Shown here: positions 1-8,101 of the stretch, piece after piece
Position numbering within the stretch: the stretch's first letter is position 1
Layout: each line of letters opens with the position of its first letter
NCBI GenBank assembly: GCA_964425365.1
Contig: CAYRND010000001.1
Span: forward strand, 1,708-65,707
DNA from: an uncultured Phycisphaeraceae bacterium
GTDB taxonomy: Bacteria > Planctomycetota > Phycisphaerae > Phycisphaerales > Phycisphaeraceae
Direction: 5' to 3'
Length of the DNA stretch: 64,000 bases
Made by a program: the position numbers and the translations under genes
The notes under the pieces: model-generated
Database searches by the model: none
The model's input: the letters and a program-made list of their open reading frames with translations, nothing else
Told to the model about the DNA's origin: nothing

Positions 1-900
1 GGCGTCGGTGACGTCGCCGGCGGCGAATACACCCGGGATCGAGGTATGGGTGTGGGCGGGATTGCTCAATGTGATGTAACCTTTGTCATCCAGTTCGAGT
101 GCGGTATCTTTGAGGAAATCGGTAGCAGGAGTGTGGCCGATGGCGATGAACAGGCCTTTCACATCGAGCGATGACTGCCGGCCGGTTTGTGAATTGGTGA
201 GCATAACGGCCTCGATCCTGTCGCGGCCGATCACATCGGAGACGACACTGTTCCAGACGACTTCTGCTTTGGGGTTTTCGAGAATACGTTTCTGCATGGT
301 CTTGCTCGCCCGTAGCTGATCGCGTCGATGGATGACGTATACCCGGGACGCGAACCTGGTGAGATAAGCGGCTTCTTCCATGGCGGTATCACCGCCGCCG
401 ACCACGGCTAGCGGCTGATTGCGGAAGATGGGCAGCGCGCCGTCGCAGACGGCACAGGCGCTGACCCCGCCGCCGCTTTGTGCGAGTCGCATTTCATTTT
501 CAAGGCCAAGCCAGTTCGCCGTAGCACCTGTGGCGATGATTACCGTATGAGTGCGTATGGTATTGCCGGCTGCATCGTTCAGTGTAAAGGGTGTCACGTT
601 GAAATCGCACTTGACGATATCATCGGTGACAACACGCGTACCGAATCGTTCGGCCTGTTTTTTGAAGTCGGCCATCAATTCCGGCCCGCTTCTGCCTTCT
701 GGGAAACCGGGATAGTTTTCGACCTCGGTAGTGAGCATAAGCTGTCCGCCGGGCAGAACGATACTGGGCGTCTGCTTGGGCTGACCTTCATAGACCAGTG
801 GTTGCAGTTGAGCACGGGCGGCGTAGACAGCAGCGGTCCAGCCGGCGGGCCCTGAACCGATAACAACGACTTTTTCCGTATTTTTACTGGTATCTGTCAT
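1..900 (-). CDS. trxB: Thioredoxin-disulfide reductase; the 3' end runs off the window start
   Basis: Own translation of the minus strand from the ATG at 898-900. The frame stays open to position 1 (300 codons). Motifs: MTDTSKNTEKVVVIGSGPAGWTAAVYAARA (FAD GxGxxG), redox-active CAVCDG, second dinucleotide site VVGGGDTAMEEA, GLFIAIGHTP, GVFAAGDV. It is missing from the ORF track because there is no stop codon inside the window. Confidence 0.9.
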   Translation of the reverse strand, partial: MTDTSKNTEKVVVIGSGPAGWTAAVYAARAQLQPLVYEGQPKQTPSIVLPGGQLMLTTEVENYPGFPEGRSGPELMADFKKQAERFGTRVVTDDIVKCDFNVTPFTLNDAAGNTIRTHTVIIATGATANWLGLENEMRLAQSGGGVSACAVCDGALPIFRNQPLAVVGGGDTAMEEAAYLTRFASRVYVIHRRDQLRASKTMQKRILENPKAEVVWNSVVSDVIGRDRIEAVMLTNSQTGRQSSLDVKGLFIAIGHTPATDFLKDTALELDDKGYITLSNPAHTHTSIPGVFAAGDVTDA

Positions 901-1011
901 GATGTCGGATTGTAGCATTGAATACGTTGTTTATTCAAGCGTGCTCAAGGTTCAAGGAACAAGGTTGGGAAGCGAAGAGAGGTGTTATGATATTCTGTAA
1001 TGGTAATGGGA

Positions 1012-1821
1012 TTAATCCAGGTCATATAGACGGTTGTCCTGACTCAGGAAGCCGCAGTATTCGCCGATCAGCGGCTGTTGGTTCGAGTAGGTGTTGGTGT
1101 GGCGAACTGAGATGGAAGCGGTATGTCCATCGCAGAAGGCGACGTTGGTATGGTTATGATGCCGGTAGCCCTGTGTTCCTGCAGCGCGGGCGCTGAAGCT
1201 ATCGCGTGTTGTGGGTGGTGGAATCCCGGGTACGGCATGGTCGTTTCGGAAAGGTGATCGCATATATTTGTTAGCGCCGTTGATATATTCGCCATCGCCG
1301 AAAATCGCGGTATCGGCGGGGTCGGTGATTTCGCTGTTTCTTGCGGGCGGAACGGTTTTGTCGGGCTGAGCGTCATTGCCGTATCCGCCGATGTAGCTGA
1401 TGTTGTAGTTGTAACCTGTATAAGGGTCGGCTTTGGTATTGCTTTTGCTGTTGTAGGATGGGCATTGGTGTACCTGTTCAGTGGTGGCGTCTTCCATCCA
1501 GAGCAGGCCGGGCGTTACGGTGACCGTTTCCGGCGAAGTGCTCCAGTCGATGTAGGTGGTGAAGTCCCAATCGTGCTGGATTCGCGGTAAGTTGGTGATG
1601 AAATAGGCGAACGGATAGAAATCATTATTGGCCAGATTGTAATGATCTGCAGTCAGGCCGAGCTGTCTGAGGTTATTCAGGCAGACAGCGTTTCTTGCAG
1701 ATTCGCGTGCACTGCCGAGGGCGGGCAGCAGCAGTCCGATCAGCAGTGCGATGATCGCCATCACAACAAGCAGTTCGATGAGTGTGAAGGCATGCATTTG
1801 ATGATTGCCGTTATGTGCCAT
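1012..1821 (-). CDS. Prepilin-type N-terminal cleavage/methylation domain protein, DUF1559 / H-X9-DG family (type II secretion pseudopilin-like)
   Basis: The N-terminus [34 protein letters not shown] is a class III signal/pseudopilin helix. The C-terminal [14 protein letters not shown] fits the H-X9-DG signature. It overlaps the upstream gene by 11 nt. Confidence 0.8.
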   Translation of the reverse strand: MAHNGNHQMHAFTLIELLVVMAIIALLIGLLLPALGSARESARNAVCLNNLRQLGLTADHYNLANNDFYPFAYFITNLPRIQHDWDFTTYIDWSTSPETVTVTPGLLWMEDATTEQVHQCPSYNSKSNTKADPYTGYNYNISYIGGYGNDAQPDKTVPPARNSEITDPADTAIFGDGEYINGANKYMRSPFRNDHAVPGIPPPTTRDSFSARAAGTQGYRHHNHTNVAFCDGHTASISVRHTNTYSNQQPLIGEYCGFLSQDNRLYDLD

Positions 1822-3040
1822 ATTTGTACTTCATGGTTCTTCGCATGAGTGGAGCAATCATGAAGAGGCAGATGACCGCCGATGCCGGTTCAGGTATTGT
1901 TGTCGTTGCCATGCTTTCGAGCGAATCGGACCGGTCGTAATTGACCAGGACACTGATAAGGTCAACGGCATTGACCTGGCCGTTATTGTCGAGGTCGCCA
2001 TAATATCTACCAGGGTTATCCGATCGGCCGTAACAACTGAGCACCTTTGTGAGGTCGGGTGCATTGACGGATCGGTCCAGGTTCACGTCACCGTCAATAA
2101 GGGCCATGACGTCAGCGACGGCGTCGATTTCAGCCGAGCCGTAATCCGGTCCGTCGATGCGAACGTACTGAATCCAATCGAGTCCGGGGATATCGAGCCA
2201 GTCGAGATCGAACCCGGCCCCGCCGGCCGAGGTTGTGCCTGTGGGTAAGTGCCTGTAGAGCTGAGCATGTTCTGCAACGGTCAGCCCGGCGAGGTCGGCG
2301 AATGATAATGCGGGTTCGACGGGGATGGTGGGGAAGGTGGGCTGGCCCCACCAGAGGTTCCAGTCCCAACTGGTATCTGCGGGATCGTCCGGCCGATACG
2401 GCTCTGACGTGTCGTATTCCCGGCCGAGCGTGGGCGCGAAGTCATCGGCGCACGGGCCGGCGGGGAAGGTATACCACGGTCCGCTTTCGTACTGGCTGAC
2501 TGACACGGTAGCGGGTTCAGCGTTGTACTGACTTGAACCGGTAACGGTATTCGGATCGCCGTTGTCCCACGAGGATACGCTGTCGATGGTGACGCTTGCG
2601 TTACCGAAGATATTGAAGTCGATCCCGTACGGGTTATCAGGATGATTGATGACCGGGTGATCGAATTTAAGGACCAGTCTACCTTGGGGAATTTCAGGTG
2701 AGCCTTGCCCGGCGGGCAGGTAATGGCCGACGGTGACCAGTTCGAAACTGCGGAAGGCGGGATAGACACTGACGACGGGGACCGCCGTATCGATCGGCAT
2801 ACTCCAGCCGGTGCCGGTGGTATCGACGGTCGGCCTGCCGATAGCTGCGGAGGGCTCGGTGAACGGCTCGAACGTGACGTAATCGGGATCGTGTCCCGCG
2901 CCGGGCAGATAATCAATGTATTCGGTTGCGAAATCGGAGGGGTCGAACTGGTACTGGTAATCCGCCGGGCATGGGGGCAGCAGGTTCATGAAAGAACCTG
3001 CTGCCGCGATCGTGGTGATGAGATATTGTCTGAAGGTCAT
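1811..3040 (-). CDS. Secreted PEP-CTERM-anchored protein with dockerin-type Ca-binding repeats
   Basis: The C-terminus [21 protein letters not shown] has the PEP motif, a TM helix and a basic tail. There are two dockerin-like repeats: [19 protein letters not shown] and [17 protein letters not shown]. An N-terminal hydrophobic segment is present. The rest of the protein is unrecognised. Confidence 0.7.
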   Translation of the reverse strand: MTFRQYLITTIAAAGSFMNLLPPCPADYQYQFDPSDFATEYIDYLPGAGHDPDYVTFEPFTEPSAAIGRPTVDTTGTGWSMPIDTAVPVVSVYPAFRSFELVTVGHYLPAGQGSPEIPQGRLVLKFDHPVINHPDNPYGIDFNIFGNASVTIDSVSSWDNGDPNTVTGSSQYNAEPATVSVSQYESGPWYTFPAGPCADDFAPTLGREYDTSEPYRPDDPADTSWDWNLWWGQPTFPTIPVEPALSFADLAGLTVAEHAQLYRHLPTGTTSAGGAGFDLDWLDIPGLDWIQYVRIDGPDYGSAEIDAVADVMALIDGDVNLDRSVNAPDLTKVLSCYGRSDNPGRYYGDLDNNGQVNAVDLISVLVNYDRSDSLESMATTTIPEPASAVICLFMIAPLMRRTMKYKYGT

Positions 3041-3045
3041 GGCGA

Positions 3046-3573
3046 TTATCCTTGTGAGCGTTTTCTGTTGACAAGTAGAGCGCCCGTGGTGATCAGGACG
3101 GCCAAGGTGTGCGGTTCCGGTACCGGCGTCAGAGCGCTGCCGTAGCGCCAGCCGTCGTAGTAACCGTCGGCGACGATCCGGTCACTGACGCCGATCAGTG
3201 ATGATTCCCATGGATCGAGTTCAGCGTCCTTTGTCCAGTAGTGCCACCAGTCTTCACCGCCGCCGTAGCCGGTGTCGCTGTGCGTATCGAAGCTGATCCC
3301 GTCGATGAATGTGCCGTAGCCGTAATCTTCACGGACAGTGGTAAGGCTGAGTTCCGCCTCGATGATATCGAAGAGTCCGAGTCCGGTGGTAGTGCCGGTG
3401 AAGTTAACGTCGAACAGGTACTGTGCATCATCGCTGAAGTGAAGAGCGAGGTATGCCTGGTTCTCGCCTGTGCCGACTTCGTAGGGGATGATATCTGCCT
3501 GGGCGGTCCGGGTCATTAAGCAGAGGCAGATCAGGACCAATGCAACCAGGGTGTAACGAATCGGTAATGGCAT
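3046..3573 (-). CDS. Small secreted PEP-CTERM protein; a DUF4430/transcobalamin-beta-like domain is suspected (candidate cobalamin-binding protein)
   Basis: The ORF track opens at 3702. However, a signal peptide MPLPIRYTLVALVLICLCLMTRTAQA starts at the ATG at 3573, preceded by AAAAGGAG (3581-3588). The C-terminus VPEPHTLAVLITTGALLVNRKRSQG is a PEP-CTERM anchor. The core GTFIDGISF...EDWWHYWTKD...GVSDRIVADGYYDGWRY resembles the DUF4430 pattern as I remember it. It lies directly downstream of the B12 riboswitch. Confidence 0.65.
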   Translation of the reverse strand: MPLPIRYTLVALVLICLCLMTRTAQADIIPYEVGTGENQAYLALHFSDDAQYLFDVNFTGTTTGLGLFDIIEAELSLTTVREDYGYGTFIDGISFDTHSDTGYGGGEDWWHYWTKDAELDPWESSLIGVSDRIVADGYYDGWRYGSALTPVPEPHTLAVLITTGALLVNRKRSQG

Positions 3574-3739
3574 TACGAAACTCCTTTTGCCCTGTATCGC
3601 GCAGGGCGTCAGCCCCGGGTGTGAATGGAAAAACAACCTATCCTCATGAGGGGAAGCAGGCGTCCTAGAGTCGTTTCGGGGCGTCAACGTGAAGGAGTTC
3701 ATGCCTGGGATTCCTTATCGCGAGGATCCAACCGACGGC

Positions 3740-3952
3740 AGGTTCCAGGCAGGTCTTCCGGCTGAGGGTTTACGTTTCGCTCGGGCCTTCCCGTGGTCAT
3801 GCCCATTGCGGGCGATGCGACAGTGGCCGGTACAGATGAGCGTTACGCCGGTCCCGGTTCGTCCGGGACCACCCATTACGGCGGCGCGTCCGCGGGGGAG
3901 TAGCGGCGATCCGACAGGACGCCGCGCACCCCACTTCCCTTTTCAGGCGAGC
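3740..3952 (-). promoter_or_regulatory. Cobalamin (B12) riboswitch aptamer
   Basis: The minus strand reads ..TGAAAAGGGAAGTGGGGTG.., ..CCGGCCACTGTCGCATCGCCCGCAATGGGCATGACCACGGGAAGGCC.., and the B12 box CAGCCGGAAGACCTGCCTGG (3764-3745). The order and spacing of GGGAA/GGTG, GCCACTG, GGGAAGGC and the B12 box match the Rfam cobalamin family as I know it. An unusually long insertion (about 110 nt) sits between GGTG and GCCACTG. A GCCCTG..CAGGGC hairpin lies just 5' of the AAGGAG of the downstream gene and may be the expression platform. Confidence 0.8.
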
Positions 3953-4212
3953 ATGCCCTTTTAATTCAAAGGTACAAACCGCCAACCTGAAACTTGATTG
4001 TCATCATGTGAGCGTAACCGGTAGCGAGGCAGATGGCAAGACGAGGTTTTTCCGCCTGTGAAGAGGTATTGCGGCAATTCCATGTTTTCAATAGGGTTGT
4101 GATTCAAGGCGGCACTGGCAGAAGCCGGGGATTTCTGTGCGGTGCGGCAGGGACAGTCGCCGGTACTTGAAGGCGGCGTCCCGATTCGTACAATGAAGGG
4201 TCCTGGCAGCAC

Positions 4213-4284
4213 GCGGGTGTAGCTCAGTGGTAGAGCGTCACGTTGCCAACGTGAATGTCGAGGGTTCAAATCCCTTCACCCGCT
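4213..4284 (+). tRNA. tRNA-Gly (anticodon GCC)
   Basis: Hand-folded cloverleaf. Acceptor GCGGGTG/CACCCGC. D arm GCTC-AGTGGTA-GAGC. Anticodon arm TCACG-TTGCCAA-CGTGA, with GCC at 4245-4247. Variable loop ATGTC. T arm GAGGG-TTCAAAT-CCCTT (one G-U pair). Discriminator T. No CCA is encoded. Confidence 0.93.
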
Positions 4285-4625
4285 TTCGAGGCCACCGACG
4301 GACAACCGTGTCCCGGTGGATTCGCTTCTGGTGGGCAAGCTCTTCGGGCGATACCTTATCATCGATTTTGGATTCGGCGACCGCCATCAGGGTCTGACAA
4401 GGGCGAACGTGTATGACCGATGCCGGTGGTCAGAACTGCCAGAGGGCCCACCGGCCTGCCCTATCTGAGGCTGCGGGCTGTCTGTCATCGTTTTCGGTAC
4501 TTCGCGGGGTGAACAGGACCTGAGCGGCGATAATACAATGGGAGAAGTTGAATATGAGGCCGGCGGGAAGTGGGATTTCAGCCTTTTAGATATTCTAAGG
4601 GTCGGTAGACTTCAAATGATGGAGA

Positions 4626-4910
4626 TCAGTGTATATTCGCCATTGCGATCAGCAGGTAGCCCGTCAATGCCGTGACCAGGAGAATTGTGGCGAAGAGTAT
4701 ACCGAGTTCGATGCTGATGATGATCTGACGGCGTTTGAGCTTTCGCCAGGCACGATCGACCTGCTCGGGAGAGAGCCATTTACCGTTAAAGAGCAGTTTG
4801 CCCTCGCGACCGGCGCGTTCCCGCCAGGTGTTAACGGCGTTCTCCCGACTCTGCCGGAGTCGTCGGCCGAGTTCATCGGTCAGCTTTTCATGGTCAGTCA
4901 TCAGGTACAT
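4626..4910 (-). CDS. Small tail-anchored membrane protein, function unknown
   Basis: 94 aa, with a charged N-terminal half and one C-terminal TM helix (IIISIELGILFATILLVTALTGYLLIAM). It is the last gene of the long minus-strand block. Confidence 0.45.
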   Translation of the reverse strand: MYLMTDHEKLTDELGRRLRQSRENAVNTWRERAGREGKLLFNGKWLSPEQVDRAWRKLKRRQIIISIELGILFATILLVTALTGYLLIAMANIH

Positions 4911-4925
4911 GGTCCGCGTGTCCGT

Positions 4926-5168
4926 TCAGATGTGCAGGATCATATTAAAGAGGATGAAGTTGAGCAGCACGGCGGCGACTGAGATGAGTCCGGCCAGCAG
5001 CAGGCCGCCGAGATACTGCAGCGGCCGACTCATGCGGATGAGCGGCAGTCGCCGGGTATCGGGAACCTTACCCTGCTGGATCAGTTCCTGTTCGAACTGT
5101 TCTGCGGCGAGCAGTTGCTGCTCTAATTCGAGACGTCTTATCCGGCTGTCGGTATCGTAATCGGGCAT
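4926..5168 (-). CDS. Small tail-anchored membrane protein with an N-terminal coiled-coil-like segment, function unknown
   Basis: 80 aa. RIRRLELEQQLLAAEQFEQELIQQ is followed by the TM segment LQYLGGLLLAGLISVAAVLLNFILF. Its ATG shares one nucleotide with the TGA of the upstream Wzz-like gene (TGATG at 5170-5166). Confidence 0.5.
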   Translation of the reverse strand: MPDYDTDSRIRRLELEQQLLAAEQFEQELIQQGKVPDTRRLPLIRMSRPLQYLGGLLLAGLISVAAVLLNFILFNMILHI

Positions 5169-6598
5169 CAGGAAACACCTGTGAGTTCGCGGCTGGTTTC
5201 GCCTTGCGTTATCTGATTCGTACGGTGGCGTGATCGCAGCTCCTGTATCAGGGCCGTTCGCCTGCGCGTTTCATGATGCTCCAGTGTGAGCACATAAAGC
5301 ACACCCGCGAGCAGGCCGATCACACCGGCGATCAGGACGTTGAGTACGGTAAGCGGGAACACCGGCCGGCGAGGTACGGCCGCAGGTCTGATGACCAGCC
5401 CCGTCGTTTTCATCTGCAGTGAACTGGTGATCAGACGATCGCGAGCGGTTTCGAGTGATTGTCGCAGCATCTTTTTTTGCATGATCCGGTCTTCGAGGTT
5501 TTCGAGCTCGGCCAGGATGCCTGGTACTTTTCGGACAATCCCTTCGGTGACTTTAATGGCTTTTTCCAAGCCCTCGATACGAGCCTGTACACCTGACAGC
5601 TCGACTTTGTACATCATGAGGTTTTCTCTGAGATCGTCATAGAGGGACCCGGTGGTTTTGGATTTACTGCCGACGACCTGGCTCATATGCCTTGCGAGTG
5701 CTTCCTGAGCCCGGCTGTAGCGATGTTGAAGAGAAATCATGTAAGGATGGTCCGGGCTGAGCATGACCTGCTGGCCGGCGATTTCGACTTCGAGCAGATT
5801 GAGCCGTTCCTGCAGCGCTTCGGTCACGGGGTCCTGCAGAATCATTTCACCTTCGAGATACGCCTTGGATTCTTCATCGAGCTGGTCGGTCAGGTTCTTA
5901 ATCCGCTGCTGGTAGGCGCCCTTGTCCATCGCAAGCTGGTCGAGCTGTTTGTGGAAATCGGCTTTTCGCTCTTCGAGCTTTTCGATCATGACCTCGGGGG
6001 AAGCAATGTGATGGCCCTCGCAGAACTGCTTTTTCGATCCGGTAAGCGATTCGATATCGGCGTTGACCTCCTTCAACTGGTTGTTGAGATTCGCCATAGC
6101 GGCGTTCAGATCGTTCTGAATGACATTCTGGTGAAATTCGTTGAATATTTCGATGATCATATTGACGACCTTGGCTGCCAGTTCAGGGTTATGATCCCGT
6201 GCATAGATACGAATAAGCCCTTCTCGCGTCGCGGTGATATCAATGGCGGTTCGGAAGTGCTTAGCCTGTTCCTCGGGCAGGCGGGCGACGACCTGGCGGA
6301 CGGCGTTTGATTCCTGGAGGACGGCGGCGAAGGTACGTGCATGCGCCTGTACGCCGGAGGGCAGTCTGGCCTTGAGATCGGCGATATCGGTTGCATCGTG
6401 TACATCCTGTGGTACGTAGAAGACACCTCTCGCCTCGTATTGCGGCCTGATGGCGAGGCTGATGACACCACTGAGCACTGCGGCGGTAATGGTCATGAAC
6501 AGTATCATTCCACGCCGCCGGTAGAGGGCGGAGGTGTAATCTTCGAGCCGGTACTCGAAGGGAACGGTTTCGGTCGTATCAGTGGTTTTGTTGTTCAT
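5168..6598 (-). CDS. Polysaccharide chain-length determinant (Wzz/GumC-like PCP, no kinase domain)
   Basis: An N-terminal TM (MILFMTITAAVLSGVISLAI), a long coiled-coil periplasmic region and a C-terminal TM (VLNVLIAGVIGLLAGVLYVL). I prefer the start MNNKTT at 6598 over the track start at 6649. It could belong to the PEP-CTERM-locus chain-length subfamily; this was not tested. Confidence 0.75.
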   Translation of the reverse strand: MNNKTTDTTETVPFEYRLEDYTSALYRRRGMILFMTITAAVLSGVISLAIRPQYEARGVFYVPQDVHDATDIADLKARLPSGVQAHARTFAAVLQESNAVRQVVARLPEEQAKHFRTAIDITATREGLIRIYARDHNPELAAKVVNMIIEIFNEFHQNVIQNDLNAAMANLNNQLKEVNADIESLTGSKKQFCEGHHIASPEVMIEKLEERKADFHKQLDQLAMDKGAYQQRIKNLTDQLDEESKAYLEGEMILQDPVTEALQERLNLLEVEIAGQQVMLSPDHPYMISLQHRYSRAQEALARHMSQVVGSKSKTTGSLYDDLRENLMMYKVELSGVQARIEGLEKAIKVTEGIVRKVPGILAELENLEDRIMQKKMLRQSLETARDRLITSSLQMKTTGLVIRPAAVPRRPVFPLTVLNVLIAGVIGLLAGVLYVLTLEHHETRRRTALIQELRSRHRTNQITQGETSRELTGVS

Positions 6599-8036
6599 AG
6601 TCAATACCGTTTCTTTTCGCCAAGGCATGGAACACGCAGAGGGAGCCACCTGCCATACCCATATACAGCCATGAGACGAAGTTATCGTAAGCGGGTTCGA
6701 AGCACAGGTGAATTGCCAGCGCGGTCATGGCGAGGAACATGGCTTTGCAGGTTGCTTTGGTACGCGTATCAGGTGACCGCAGAGCACGGATCGCCAAAGC
6801 GGCGGTTAGGTAAATAACGAGTGATGCGAGCGTCGCGCCTGCGACGACGCCCATTTCGGCGGCGGTCTGGAGGTAGGCGTTATGGACGGGTGTGGGCAGT
6901 ACCCGGCCGACATTTCTCAGGCCTAGCCCGAACAGGGGATGGGTCCGGATGGCTTCCAGGCCCACGCGGATGAATTCGATCCGGTCGCCGTAGCCCCGGC
7001 CGCCGATGGCGAGCACCACATGTTGAATGAGCCAGTCCATCCCACCGGTAATGAAGAGAACGAGTCCGAGCAGTGCGATGGCGGCGGAATATTGCAAGGC
7101 GTATTGCGGCCTGTGCATATACAGGCCGACAAGCAGTACGGCCGCGGCGGTCAGGTAGGCGCCGATACTGAAGGTCATACCGATTGCCGCCAGCAGTGCG
7201 AGGCAGGACAGTATTCGTGTGTGCCGGGCCATGTCGGCAAAGAGTGTCAGGCCGAGTGCCAGCAGCATGAGATGTGCGAAGCTCTGCGGCGTAGTCATGA
7301 ACCCGGTGACGCGTAGCATCATGCCGAACGGCGTTTGCTTGTGATGAAATTCCGCGGCGTCATCGAAGGTGAACTCGATACCGGTGGCGAGGTAGAGGCA
7401 CTCACTGAAGATACCCACTGCGGCGGCGACCAAGGCAATATAGAGAAAGCACCTGACGGCAAAGCGTTGTCTGTCCGCCGTATTGATCAGGTTCGTTACG
7501 AGGAACATGACCATAATTTTGCTGAGCATCTGATGCTGGGTGATGATACTGATCATCAGGCCGTTGATGATGGACGCCAGCGAGCAGGCGGCCAGTACGG
7601 CGAGCATGATCATGATGGTGATGTCGGTGGCGATGCGTCGGTGTTCGATCAGCATGACCGCGATCCAGAACGACAGTACTATGAGGAACGCCAGATCGGT
7701 CGGATCGAGCCGACTTATATTGACTCCGGAGATGGCACCGGCGAAGATGAGCAGTGCGATGGCGATATTGAATCGATGTCGGAACAGTTCATATTGATAT
7801 CGTAGGCAGGTATAAGCGGCGAGTATGACAAAAATGACAGCGGCGGTAACGGCGGCGAGTCCGCTGTTGAAACCTGTTCCGAACAGTGTCAGGTGATATT
7901 GCACGGCGGTCATGGGGCCGAGCGTGATAGCGGCGGCGATGGCGGTTGTCACGATAAATGCGAAAACCGCATCGCGTGAGGTCAACGTGCCGAAGCCTCG
8001 TGTTTCGGGATGCGTATGATTGGCTGTCACTTCCAA
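6579..8036 (-). CDS. O-antigen ligase / Wzy-type polymerase family membrane protein
   Basis: 485 aa and polytopic (10 or more hydrophobic helices). It has a Wzy_C-like loop ..GLGLRNVGRVLPTPVHNAYLQTAAEMGVVAG... Confidence 0.75.
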   Translation of the reverse strand: MEVTANHTHPETRGFGTLTSRDAVFAFIVTTAIAAAITLGPMTAVQYHLTLFGTGFNSGLAAVTAAVIFVILAAYTCLRYQYELFRHRFNIAIALLIFAGAISGVNISRLDPTDLAFLIVLSFWIAVMLIEHRRIATDITIMIMLAVLAACSLASIINGLMISIITQHQMLSKIMVMFLVTNLINTADRQRFAVRCFLYIALVAAAVGIFSECLYLATGIEFTFDDAAEFHHKQTPFGMMLRVTGFMTTPQSFAHLMLLALGLTLFADMARHTRILSCLALLAAIGMTFSIGAYLTAAAVLLVGLYMHRPQYALQYSAAIALLGLVLFITGGMDWLIQHVVLAIGGRGYGDRIEFIRVGLEAIRTHPLFGLGLRNVGRVLPTPVHNAYLQTAAEMGVVAGATLASLVIYLTAALAIRALRSPDTRTKATCKAMFLAMTALAIHLCFEPAYDNFVSWLYMGMAGGSLCVFHALAKRNGIDYEQQNH

Positions 8037-8101
8037 CTACCTGATTGACGGTGTCAATAACACTATGCAAAAACCGTCGCCGCAGTTCGGCCGGGTTTCG
8101 A

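Noticed and set aside
83-855. Plus-strand ORFs 83..319 and 478..855, and the minus-strand alternative-frame ORF 675..866
   Set aside because: They lie entirely within the clearly recognisable trxB reading frame on the minus strand. They have no motifs and are shadow ORFs.
1858-3145. Multiple overlapping ORFs on both strands inside 1811..3040 (for example 2281..2916, 211 aa; 2705..3145)
   Set aside because: They are P/S/R-rich and low-complexity, typical of off-frame translation of GC-rich coding DNA. The 409-aa frame has a coherent PEP-CTERM anchor and dockerin repeats.
3574-3702. A 43-aa N-terminal extension of the small PEP-CTERM protein (track start 3702)
   Set aside because: The extension would begin only about 40 nt after the B12 box and has no signal-peptide character. 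A signal peptide with a strong AAGGAG RBS starts at 3573, so this stretch is better read as riboswitch expression platform.
4285-4625. tRNA-Gly as an integration site for a genomic island, plus a CCACCG..CGGTGG hairpin (4293-4319) as its terminator
   Set aside because: No integrase, and no direct repeat of the tRNA 3' end, was noticed anywhere in the window. The hairpin is imperfect and is not followed by a T-tract. This is insufficient evidence for either call.
6599-6649. Longer N-terminal versions of the Wzz-like gene (start 6649), rpiB (start 50875), the GT4 genes (starts 12939 and 14216) and the AlbA_2 gene (TTG at 55937)
   Set aside because: The shorter starts give canonical N-termini (MNNKTT.., MKVAIACDHGG, MKVLQLY.., MNTRSPLRILL..) and, for the two GT4 genes, ATGA stop/start overlaps. 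The extensions look like upstream non-coding or neighbouring-gene sequence.
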